Below, one piece after another: positions 56,653 through 64,000 of a DNA stretch of 64,000 nucleotides (position 1 is its first letter; each line of letters opens with the position of its first letter). A program made the position numbers and the translations under genes. Origin of the DNA: an uncultured Candidatus Saccharibacteria bacterium (GTDB taxonomy: Bacteria > Patescibacteriota > Minisyncoccia > UBA6257 > WO2-44-18); contig CAZDBT010000002.1 in NCBI GenBank assembly GCA_964503795.1, positions 17,989 to 81,988 on the forward strand, in the 5' to 3' direction. The notes beneath the pieces were generated by a model, which was given only the letters and a program-made list of their open reading frames with translations, was not told the origin of the DNA and did not search any database.

Positions 56653-57426
56653 TTATTTCAAATAACCGGCCTTCTTTAACCAACCCTCATTTTCCCATTC
56701 CCAAAGTTTTTTAGCGCCAAGGAAAGCTTCAAAATCTCCGCGCCAAAGGGGGAATTCCTGCAGTTCGGCAATGCCCGTAAGAGGGGACCATTCGTGGCTA
56801 TCATCATCCGGGCAGAGTCCCTTTTTGGCGCCCCGTATTTTTTCCCGTCCGCCTTTCGGCCGCATGGAAGCGCCACATCGATAGCATTTTTTCTGCTGGT
56901 CAATCCGGAAGATCCAGCGAGTATTTAATCCGGTAAAGATCGGGTCTTTCGCTAGAGCGAACATATAAGCCGAAGTTTGCAGATTATAATCGCGATAGAT
57001 CGCCTGTGAAGTTTTAATGTCCAACACGCCGAACTTTCCGCCGATCAGAGCCAAACCATCTATCGTGCCGGCATATCGATGCTCGGGGTCAAAGATTCTT
57101 CGTTCTATGTTCGCCCCATCAATTTGAATTCCTTTCTGCGCGATCATCTCCCGGGCCGCTTTGATGGCGGGAGCGATACTCTCCGGAACTTCCGGTTCTT
57201 CGCCCACAAAGATCTTTTCCATCGTCTGATGGATTAAAGTGCCTTCTTCGGCGGAAATTTTCGTCTGCGCCAGCGCGGCGGCGTAGCTGGGGGCTTCGGC
57301 GTAATAAAAAAGCAGCGCCGGTTTGTTTTTAATGCCAACGATTTTAGTTACACGCGGATACCAGATGCCATCGATCGTGTACCCGCACTGCTCTTTGAAC
57401 TGATCAACGGTTGTAAAATAATCCAT
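56653..57426 (-). CDS. PD-(D/E)XK nuclease family protein (Cas4/RecB/phage exonuclease-like) with Cys insertion
   Basis: YPRVT.I, GT.IH, E....YAGTID, DIKTS and Q..AY motifs; C..C...C..H insert. Confidence 0.82.
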   Translation of the reverse strand: MDYFTTVDQFKEQCGYTIDGIWYPRVTKIVGIKNKPALLFYYAEAPSYAAALAQTKISAEEGTLIHQTMEKIFVGEEPEVPESIAPAIKAAREMIAQKGIQIDGANIERRIFDPEHRYAGTIDGLALIGGKFGVLDIKTSQAIYRDYNLQTSAYMFALAKDPIFTGLNTRWIFRIDQQKKCYRCGASMRPKGGREKIRGAKKGLCPDDDSHEWSPLTGIAELQEFPLWRGDFEAFLGAKKLWEWENEGWLKKAGYLK

Positions 57427-58769
57427 TACTTTAAAAGTTTTGGAGTCAGTTCGTTAATAGTGCCCGCTCCCATCATAACAACAATGGGGGATAGTCCACC
57501 GCGTTTATTCGCTTCGGCGACCAGTTGTTGCAATGTCTTTTTCAAGTCCATTTCAGGGTGCCTTATGTAGATCGCGCCAATGTCTTTCGCTAGCTTTTCG
57601 GAGGTATATTTTGAACCTCTTTCCGCCTCTCGGCCAGCTACCTGATAGGTAGGTAGAATAACCACCCGGCTAGCGTCTTTAAAGGCCGTTTTAAAGCTAT
57701 CATAGAGCGTAACAAGCCTCTTAGCCTGATGGGGCTGAAAGACGCAAATAAGGGCATTTTTAGGCCATTTCTGCTTGAATCCGGATAGAGTAGCCATGAT
57801 CTCGGAGGGGTGATGGGCGTAGTCGTCATATACTGGTATGCGGTATTTAGTATTGAGTATTGAGTATGAAGACCTTTTGATACCTGATACTGGATACTTA
57901 ATACTTGATACTGTTTCGCGGTTGTCGAAATATCCGCGAAACTCCATACGTCTCCAGGCGCCATGATATTTGCCCAATGCCGAGAGGATAGTTTTCTCCG
58001 GAATATCCAAAAAGCGCGCCACTGCATAGGCGTTTAAGGCATTTTGCACATTATGTTCTCCCGGGATTTTCAATGTCCGGCGGATCTTTTCCTCCAGCAT
58101 TTTATTTTTCGGCCGCTCAACGACCGTATGGCATTGCGACTTAAATTTCTCAAAAGATTTTTTTACGTTGGCGAAAGTTTTATAAAAATCCAGATGTTCG
58201 GCATCAATGTTGGTGATCGTACCCACGAAAGGGAAGTAGTGATGAAAAGCTGCCTTCCATTCGTCGGCTTCCAGCACCAGATAACCGCCTTTGCCTTTAC
58301 GGAAATTTTTTCCGCCAGCCGACGGACCAAATTCTTTTAATTTTGTTCCGACAATTACCGTTGGATCCAGTCCGGCTTCAATAAGGATCAATGCCGTCAT
58401 CGCGGTGGTGGTGCTTTTACCGTGCGAGCCGGCGATGGCGATGGTTTTATAAGTTTTGGTCAGTTCGCCGACAACTTCCGGGTAAGCGCGACAGGCGAGG
58501 CCGAGTTCTTTTGCCTTCTTCAGCTCCTGGTTACTTTCCGGAATTGCGTTGTTGTATACCACCAGCTGAATATTCGGGTGAATATTGGCAGCTTTATGGC
58601 CGGAGAAAAATTTCACGCCTTCTTTCTGCAGCTCCCTGGTCGTGTCGGAGGGGGAGAGATCGGAGCCGGAGACCTGCCATTTCTCCGATAAAAAATAACG
58701 CGCCAAGGCGCTCATCCCGATCCCGCCGATACCGATGAAATGAACTTTGTTTCTTTTCTCTTGCTTCAT
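57426..58769 (-). CDS. murC: UDP-N-acetylmuramate--L-alanine ligase
   Basis: HFIGIGGIGMSALA, GSHGKSTTT, EADE, NIDAEHLD, DDYAHHP, FQPH and MGAG motifs. Confidence 0.95.
   Translation of the reverse strand: MKQEKRNKVHFIGIGGIGMSALARYFLSEKWQVSGSDLSPSDTTRELQKEGVKFFSGHKAANIHPNIQLVVYNNAIPESNQELKKAKELGLACRAYPEVVGELTKTYKTIAIAGSHGKSTTTAMTALILIEAGLDPTVIVGTKLKEFGPSAGGKNFRKGKGGYLVLEADEWKAAFHHYFPFVGTITNIDAEHLDFYKTFANVKKSFEKFKSQCHTVVERPKNKMLEEKIRRTLKIPGEHNVQNALNAYAVARFLDIPEKTILSALGKYHGAWRRMEFRGYFDNRETVSSIKYPVSGIKRSSYSILNTKYRIPVYDDYAHHPSEIMATLSGFKQKWPKNALICVFQPHQAKRLVTLYDSFKTAFKDASRVVILPTYQVAGREAERGSKYTSEKLAKDIGAIYIRHPEMDLKKTLQQLVAEANKRGGLSPIVVMMGAGTINELTPKLLK
57834..57913. repeat. Inverted pair of heptamer arrays inserted in frame in murC
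   Basis: (GTAT core)x5, short spacer, then (ATAC core)x5; translated as TVSSIKYPVSGIKRSSYSILNTKYRIP. Confidence 0.85.
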
Positions 58770-58861
58770 AAAACATCTAAATAATAACAGGAATTTTCCA
58801 CTTGAACTAACGGAAAAATTGTTTTATACTACCAGCGGTTCATTGAGGGAGGTTTCTATCG

Positions 58862-59272
58862 ATGGGTGTGGCGCGTGAGATTTCCAAGTTGCAGAAAAGA
58901 ATCCAAAAGCTACAAGAAACCATCAAGGGACTTAAGTCCAAGTGTTCTCATCAATGGCGGATCGTTAAGAAGCCGGATCTTACCAACTCTCTGGTTGCCG
59001 GAGTTCACGTCGGCAGCGTCGAAGGCCAATCTCGAGTGACGGTGGCCTGTCCGGCAACACTAGACTTCACCTATGAATGCAAAAGGTGCGGCAGTGAACG
59101 GCGAGGGAACGCGATGTATAATTGTCCGAAGTGCTTCGAGAAGCTCGAGGAACGCCGACCTCTTGGCGATAGGGCAGAGTATTTTGGTTTTGATTATAGC
59201 TACTATGCCGTGCAGATCAGTTCTTGTCCAAAATGTGATTTTCGGATCGCTTCGGACATTTACGATCGTTGA
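58862..59272 (+). CDS. Zn-ribbon hypothetical protein (SD-led accessory unit)
   Basis: Coiled coil then C.H, CKRC, CPKC and CPKC; TTGAAC-N17-TATACT promoter, GGGAGG SD, terminator at 59283-59306. Confidence 0.75.
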   Translation: MGVAREISKLQKRIQKLQETIKGLKSKCSHQWRIVKKPDLTNSLVAGVHVGSVEGQSRVTVACPATLDFTYECKRCGSERRGNAMYNCPKCFEKLEERRPLGDRAEYFGFDYSYYAVQISSCPKCDFRIASDIYDR

Positions 59273-59326
59273 AAGTTGCCACACCGCCCACCCGGGCGGT
59301 TTTTTTACCCGCATCTTTAGTAGTTA

Positions 59327-59411
59327 GGGGAGGGCTAGTTCCTCACAGCCTATCTGTCGCACAAGAAGGGTTTTGCGACAGATAGGCTTATTAAAACTAG
59401 AGCCGCTCCCC
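59327..59411. other. Long intergenic hairpin, possible ncRNA or repeat element
   Basis: 15-bp perfect stem AGCCTATCTGTCGCA/TGCGACAGATAGGCT with outer CTAGTT/AACTAG and GGGGAG/CTCCCC pairings. Confidence 0.5.
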
Positions 59412-59458
59412 CCCGGTGCTGTAAATTTAAAACCCGCCGGAATGGCGGGTTTTAATGA

Positions 59459-59914
59459 TTACTTTAACGTTGCCTTGTAATCCTCTATCGCTTTAACAAC
59501 CTGCGAGTTGTCTTCCAGATCTTCAATGAATAATATCTGGGATCGGTTGATCTTCATTTCGTCTTTTGGTTTATGGAGCTCCGAGATACCCAACTTGGCC
59601 AAACTGATCGATTGCTGAGGCGTGGCGGTCGTTTTCTTACTGGTGGCTGGCTGAAGCACCTGGCTGACCTGTAAGTAATAAACATCGCGTAAATCGACGT
59701 AATTAGCGTTTAAATTGGCCGCATGACCGAAATACACCTGTCCATTGGTAAGAAAGACCGCCTGATAAGCATTCGCCGAAAGCAGAGTCGGCAACTGCCA
59801 GTTCAAGCCTCCATTTTGCCACACGTAATAACCTAGCAATAAGACTACCGCGACCACCGCCAACAATACGACCGAGAGGATTATTCTTTTTTTAGATCTT
59901 GATTTTTCCGGCAT
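59459..59914 (-). CDS. Conserved hypothetical membrane-anchored protein
   Basis: TM segment then YQAVFL.NGQVYFG, DVYYL, L.KLG..E.H.P and IN...I.F.E.L motifs. Confidence 0.75.
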   Translation of the reverse strand: MPEKSRSKKRIILSVVLLAVVAVVLLLGYYVWQNGGLNWQLPTLLSANAYQAVFLTNGQVYFGHAANLNANYVDLRDVYYLQVSQVLQPATSKKTTATPQQSISLAKLGISELHKPKDEMKINRSQILFIEDLEDNSQVVKAIEDYKATLK

Positions 59915-59965
59915 TTAAATAATTTATTTTTTGACGACTTATTTATTATATAATATAGCAGAATG

Positions 59966-60724
59966 CTATATCAACGTAAGGATCTCGGTGCCATTTTCCG
60001 TCAGCGCGATCGTGTGTTCAAAATGAGCCGATAAACTGCCGTCCGCGGTCGCATAGCTCTCATCTTTAATTTGAACGATGCCAGGGGAGCCAACGCTAAC
60101 CATTGGCTCAATAGCGATAACCAGGCCTTCTTTTAAGATCGGGCCACTCCCCTTTTTGCCTTCGTTGAAGACACTTGGATCTTCGTGTAATTCTTTTCCA
60201 ATTCCATGACCGGTTAGACCATCAACTACGGAAAAGCCGTGTTGTTTAACGGTGTTGGATATTGCGTGACCGATATCGCCCAGATGTTTACCGATGTTTG
60301 CCATCTTGATGCCGTCAAAGAGAGCCTTTTCGGTGACCCTGATGAGCTTTTGGGCTTTTTCGCTGATCTCCCCTACTCCGATCGTCCAAGCCGCGTCGGC
60401 TTTGTAACCCTGATAGTCCACGCCGAAGTCCAATTTTAAAATATCGCCGTTTTTTAATTTGTAATCTTTCGGCGTGCCGTGCACCACAACATCGTTGAGT
60501 GACGTGCAGATAGAAAAGGCGTAAGGCTTATCGGCGCCGTAAGGTTGGTAGCCTAAAAACGCCGGCTGACCGCCGGCTTTCGTGATCAATTCCTTGGCGA
60601 GTTTATCCAGAGATATCAGATTAGTTCCGACTTCCACCTGCGCGATGATCGCCTTGGCGACCTGCGCGAGTATCTTACCGGCTTGCCGGATCTTCCCGAT
60701 CTCTTCTTTCGTTTTAAGATCCAT
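59966..60724 (-). CDS. map: Methionine aminopeptidase type I
   Basis: C.S.ND.VVHG.P, D.G, GHGIG..LHEDP, IEPM and SAHFEHT motifs. Confidence 0.96.
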   Translation of the reverse strand: MDLKTKEEIGKIRQAGKILAQVAKAIIAQVEVGTNLISLDKLAKELITKAGGQPAFLGYQPYGADKPYAFSICTSLNDVVVHGTPKDYKLKNGDILKLDFGVDYQGYKADAAWTIGVGEISEKAQKLIRVTEKALFDGIKMANIGKHLGDIGHAISNTVKQHGFSVVDGLTGHGIGKELHEDPSVFNEGKKGSGPILKEGLVIAIEPMVSVGSPGIVQIKDESYATADGSLSAHFEHTIALTENGTEILTLI

Positions 60725-60726
60725 TG

Positions 60727-61413
60727 TTATAGTCCAAGTTTCTTTTTGACCTCCTCAAAAACTACATAAGGCGCGGGAGTGCCGTCAACTTCCAAAATGT
60801 CATGTCCGCGCTTTCGCAACTCGTCCACGATCGGCTTGGTGCGCTCCTCATATTCTTTTATGCGCGTCTGGAGTACGTCTACATTATCCACGGCGCGCTG
60901 GCGTAATTTGGCGCCACAGAGCGGGCATTCGGTATGGTGGTGCGTGGAGTCGTTGTATAGGATCGCGGTGGCGCAGAGCGAGCAGACTTTCCGGTTAGCA
61001 TTACGTTTGATGGCAACTTGCGGGTCGATCTTCAAAAACAAAAAACTGACATTTTCCTTTCCGTACGATTTTTCCAATACCGAGATCAAGCCTTCGTTCT
61101 TGTCGTCGCCAAAGGCTTCAAACATTGTGCGGGGCGAACCGCTGAAAACAATATTGAACCCGGACTCCCCTATTTCTTTGGATTTTTCCGCGGTCAGTCG
61201 CAGAACAAATTCCGGATCTACTAATCTTCCGGCATCAAAATTTTCTTTTTCTTTTTTTACTTCCGGATCTTTAAGATTTTCCGGATCGTTCAGGGATTGT
61301 TCCAGAACTTTACCGGTATCAAAGTGGATGTAGTTTTTCGTCCATGCCAAAAGATTGGCCTGCGTCCCCTTCCCCGATCCTGGCGGTCCATAAATTGCTA
61401 CTGATTTTGCCAT
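60727..61413 (-). CDS. adk: Adenylate kinase (Zn-LID type)
   Basis: GPPGSGKGTQA, G.PRT, CSLC..CPLC LID; located between secY and map. Confidence 0.9.
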   Translation of the reverse strand: MAKSVAIYGPPGSGKGTQANLLAWTKNYIHFDTGKVLEQSLNDPENLKDPEVKKEKENFDAGRLVDPEFVLRLTAEKSKEIGESGFNIVFSGSPRTMFEAFGDDKNEGLISVLEKSYGKENVSFLFLKIDPQVAIKRNANRKVCSLCATAILYNDSTHHHTECPLCGAKLRQRAVDNVDVLQTRIKEYEERTKPIVDELRKRGHDILEVDGTPAPYVVFEEVKKKLGL

Positions 61414-61518
61414 AGGGAAATTTTACCACTTTGGAAATAAAATATGAAACATTTTACAATGCCCGGCGTTTCATATAGAGTGTTGTAGTTCATTAAAATA
61501 ATAGAAAGGGATGCCAGA

Positions 61519-62091
61519 GTGAAATTCGAGCTACATATCACTGTTGATCAGCCTGCAGATGTTGAGTTGTGGACCAGGTTCTGTCGTGGAAAAGACATCA
61601 AGCCGGTATTCGTTGAGCTGTCCCAGGGGCAGTTCCCGAAGCAGTTAATGTGCGCCGTGAATCTGGATTGCGGTTTCCCGGAGATGGAGGCCTACATCAA
61701 GAAGCTGGAGGCAGACATCGCCGACGCCGGATTCAAAACGATCCGCACAAAACTGGAATGTCTGATGAGCGAGATGGCAGAAATGTTCCCGCCGGCGATC
61801 TATCACGAAACTCATTTGATCTTTACTTTGAAGACAGATCAGGTGGATACATTCATGAGGTTGTCGGAGGATCTGGGCATGGTCTGGAGTCGAAATCTAC
61901 TCCCTCGCGAAGATGGTTTGCTGAAATACTATCTGACTCTTCGGCTTAGCTCTGCTAGTCTCGCAGCGGCCAAGGTCTCTTTTAAAGACAAGCTCGTCAA
62001 AGCCCGAAAGGTTTTGCCGGTCCGCAGCGTGCATCTGGAATCCGCCATCTACGACCGCGGCCGATACATCGACAGAGGCTGGATCGAATAA
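61519..62091 (+). CDS. Hypothetical protein (SD-led accessory unit inside the spc operon tail)
   Basis: Two similar halves (ELHITV...RTKLE / ETHLIF...SVHLE); own promoter and terminator at 62099-62124. Confidence 0.72.
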   Translation: MKFELHITVDQPADVELWTRFCRGKDIKPVFVELSQGQFPKQLMCAVNLDCGFPEMEAYIKKLEADIADAGFKTIRTKLECLMSEMAEMFPPAIYHETHLIFTLKTDQVDTFMRLSEDLGMVWSRNLLPREDGLLKYYLTLRLSSASLAAAKVSFKDKLVKARKVLPVRSVHLESAIYDRGRYIDRGWIE

Positions 62092-62137
62092 AAAACTCAA
62101 ACCCCGTTTAAAAACGGGGTTTTTCATTACCAGACAA

Positions 62138-62316
62138 AGCGAGCCAACTCTTCTCGTAGCAACCATAAGCGGAGGTTAGCTAATAAAACAATGAACGGAG
62201 GGATGATTTTTGGTTAAGAAATTAACTTCCTTATTGTTAATTTCATCCCAAAAATAGACCGGAGTGAATTGGCTTTATCTAACCGGAGCGGGTTGCGAGA
62301 GAAGAGCTGGCGAGCC
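62138..62316 (-). repeat. Multi-branched palindromic element directly after the secY stop
   Basis: Minus strand GCTCGCCAGCTCTTCTCTCGCAACCCG ... GGTTGCTACGAGAAGAGTTGGCTCGCT; similar to 38969-39128. Confidence 0.7.
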
Positions 62317-63588
62317 CTATTGTATTCCGTCGTATTCGCGGAGAGTGAGCTCCGAGTCCAATTGCTTGATCGTATCTAAGACCACCGAGACAACGATCAA
62401 CAGCGCGGTACCGCCAATAGTTAAAGTCTGAACGCCGGTAAGGATCTGGGTTAGGTTCGGAAGGACGGCGATCAAACCCAGGAAAATAGCTCCGAATAAA
62501 GTCAGCCGTTTAGTGAGACTACCGATGTATTCTCCGGTCGGCTCCCCCGGTCGGATGCCAGGCACGAATCCCCCGCTCTGTTGGAGGTTCTTAGCGATCT
62601 CTTTCGGGTCAAAAGTGATGGCAGTGTAGAAGTAGGTGAAGGCCACGACCAAGACGAAATAAACCGCGCTATAGGCGATGTGATTATTCAAAAATTGATT
62701 GACTAAATTCTGCATTTTCACGGAGAATTCCGGCGAAACAACAGAAATTATCTGGGCAAAAAATTGTGGGAAAAGCATAATGGAGATCGCGAAAATGATC
62801 GGGATCACGCCGGCTTGGTTTATTTTTAAAGGCAGGTAGCTGGAAGCGCCGCCATAAACTTTGTTCCCTCGGATACGGCGGGAATAAGAAACCGGAACTT
62901 TGCGCTCTCCTTGGTTCACGAAAACTACACCGGCAATGATAACAATAGACAGGATTATAAAAGCGATGTAGGTCGGCAAATTAGCCGCATTAAAGCTGGT
63001 GATGGCGGTGCGGGCGGCGACCGGAAGGCGGTCAATGATACCGGCAAAGATCAGCAACGAAATTCCGTTGCCGATCTTCTGTTCGCCGATCAATTCGCCG
63101 ATCCACATCAGCAATAAGCTTCCGGCGGTTACGATAGAAACATTCTGAACAGCCTGGAAAATGGATAAATGGGTCAAAATTTGCTGGCTGATCAACAGGT
63201 TCAAGAACCCATAAGCCTGCAAGGCCGCCAAAGGAACGGTAATATAACGGGAAATGCGGTTGAATCTGGCGCGGCCGGCGGCTCCCTCTTCGTAGTACAT
63301 CTGTTTCAGGTTCGGAAAGATCATTGTCAGTAACTGCATGATGATCGTGGCGGTGATGTATGGACCGACGCCCAACATAACAATAGAAAGATTGGTTAAA
63401 CCTCCTCCGGAAAACAGATTAAAAAATCCGAATATCTGGTTGGAGTTGAAAAATTGCTGGAGCCGGACCGGATCAATTCCGGGAACCGGGATCGAGCCAA
63501 GCGCCCGAAAAGCCACCATTCCCAGAACGACGTAAAATATCTTTTTCCGTAGGTCGGGAATTTTAAAGATTTGGAAGAATTTATTCAT
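62317..63588 (-). CDS. secY: Preprotein translocase subunit SecY
   Basis: LGVGPYITA.II.QLL, GNGISL.IFAGI, AGVIPIIFA, PGIRPG and GGT.LLI.V motifs; true start ATG 63588 (MNKFF). Confidence 0.97.
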   Translation of the reverse strand: MNKFFQIFKIPDLRKKIFYVVLGMVAFRALGSIPVPGIDPVRLQQFFNSNQIFGFFNLFSGGGLTNLSIVMLGVGPYITATIIMQLLTMIFPNLKQMYYEEGAAGRARFNRISRYITVPLAALQAYGFLNLLISQQILTHLSIFQAVQNVSIVTAGSLLLMWIGELIGEQKIGNGISLLIFAGIIDRLPVAARTAITSFNAANLPTYIAFIILSIVIIAGVVFVNQGERKVPVSYSRRIRGNKVYGGASSYLPLKINQAGVIPIIFAISIMLFPQFFAQIISVVSPEFSVKMQNLVNQFLNNHIAYSAVYFVLVVAFTYFYTAITFDPKEIAKNLQQSGGFVPGIRPGEPTGEYIGSLTKRLTLFGAIFLGLIAVLPNLTQILTGVQTLTIGGTALLIVVSVVLDTIKQLDSELTLREYDGIQ

Positions 63589-63694
63589 CCCGTTAGAAAT
63601 AGTGACCAAACGACGTCCACTTAACCGACTTTAATTTTCTTGAGAGAATTATCATTTTTGATGTATTGCTTTGTTGAGTAGAATTTCTAACGGG
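63589..63694. mobile_element. 106-bp MITE with 12-bp terminal inverted repeats and 6-bp target site duplication
   Basis: TIR CCCGTTAGAAAT / ATTTCTAACGGG, flanked on both sides by ATTCAT (63583-63588 and 63695-63700). Confidence 0.85.
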
Positions 63695-63728
63695 ATTCAT
63701 CAGTTCGTACGCTGAACCCTATTATATC

Positions 63729-64000
63729 TTATTTCGCTTTCTCCGCTACTTTTATCCTTGATACGATTTTTACCACTGCTACCACCTTGCCACCGGCTTT
63801 CTCGATCTTTTCTTTTGCGGACTTGGAAGTCTCCAATCCCTCGACGGTGATGGCGGTCTTGATCTCTCCATCACCGAGTATCTTAACTTTCCGGCCCAGT
63901 ACTTGTTCGCTGATCACTCCGTTCTTGGCGGCTTCGGCGAGGTCTTGAACATTCAAAACCGGCAAGCTAGCTTCGTGCGGCTTGTTCTTGACACCGCGCA
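63729..64000 (-). CDS. rplO: 50S ribosomal protein L15 (5' truncated by the window edge)
   Basis: VKILGDGE and SKSAKEKIEKAGG motifs; upstream of secY. Confidence 0.93.
   Translation of the reverse strand, partial: RGVKNKPHEASLPVLNVQDLAEAAKNGVISEQVLGRKVKILGDGEIKTAITVEGLETSKSAKEKIEKAGGKVVAVVKIVSRIKVAEKAK

Noticed and set aside
61762-61785. CTGATGA...GAAA hammerhead-like core
   Set aside because: It lies inside a CDS; stem II does not pair and no stem I/III partner was found.
63675-63703. Minus-strand CTGATGA...GAAA near the secY leader
   Set aside because: There is no valid stem II; the sequence is explained by the MITE TIR and target duplication.

Overview
This is a gene-dense bacterial chromosome segment, most likely Patescibacteria/CPR of Parcubacteria type. 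That call is inferred from the pilin cluster, many GT2/GT-C glycosyltransferases, a DUF87/TraD-like ATPase, compact housekeeping genes and heptamer repeats. Core content includes tRNA-Glu, tRNA-Phe, tgt, tsaC, rdgB, nfo, rsmE, ftsW-murG-gltX, greA-lysS, serS, alr, ychF, murC and rplO-secY-adk-map. The most striking signal is a two-tier gene architecture. Many core genes appear leaderless (extended -10 box 6-7 nt before the start codon, no Shine-Dalgarno). About 15 dispersed stand-alone accessory units instead share a sigma70 promoter, a boxA-like leader motif, a strong AGGAG Shine-Dalgarno and an intrinsic terminator. The accessory class includes metabolism unexpected in CPR: malate synthase plus an isocitrate lyase-like enzyme, a 3-hydroxyacyl-CoA dehydrogenase and an enoyl-CoA hydratase/acyl-CoA dehydrogenase fusion, alongside a class II ribonucleotide reductase. 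One accessory operon contains a canonical type III hammerhead ribozyme inside a unit bounded by 31-bp direct repeats. Also present: a 106-bp MITE with a 6-bp target duplication at the secY start codon, three related multi-branched elements right after gene 3' ends, an in-frame heptamer-repeat hairpin inside murC, and a 55-aa Cys-rich ORF missed by the ORF track. All protein calls come from motif recognition by eye; no searches were run.
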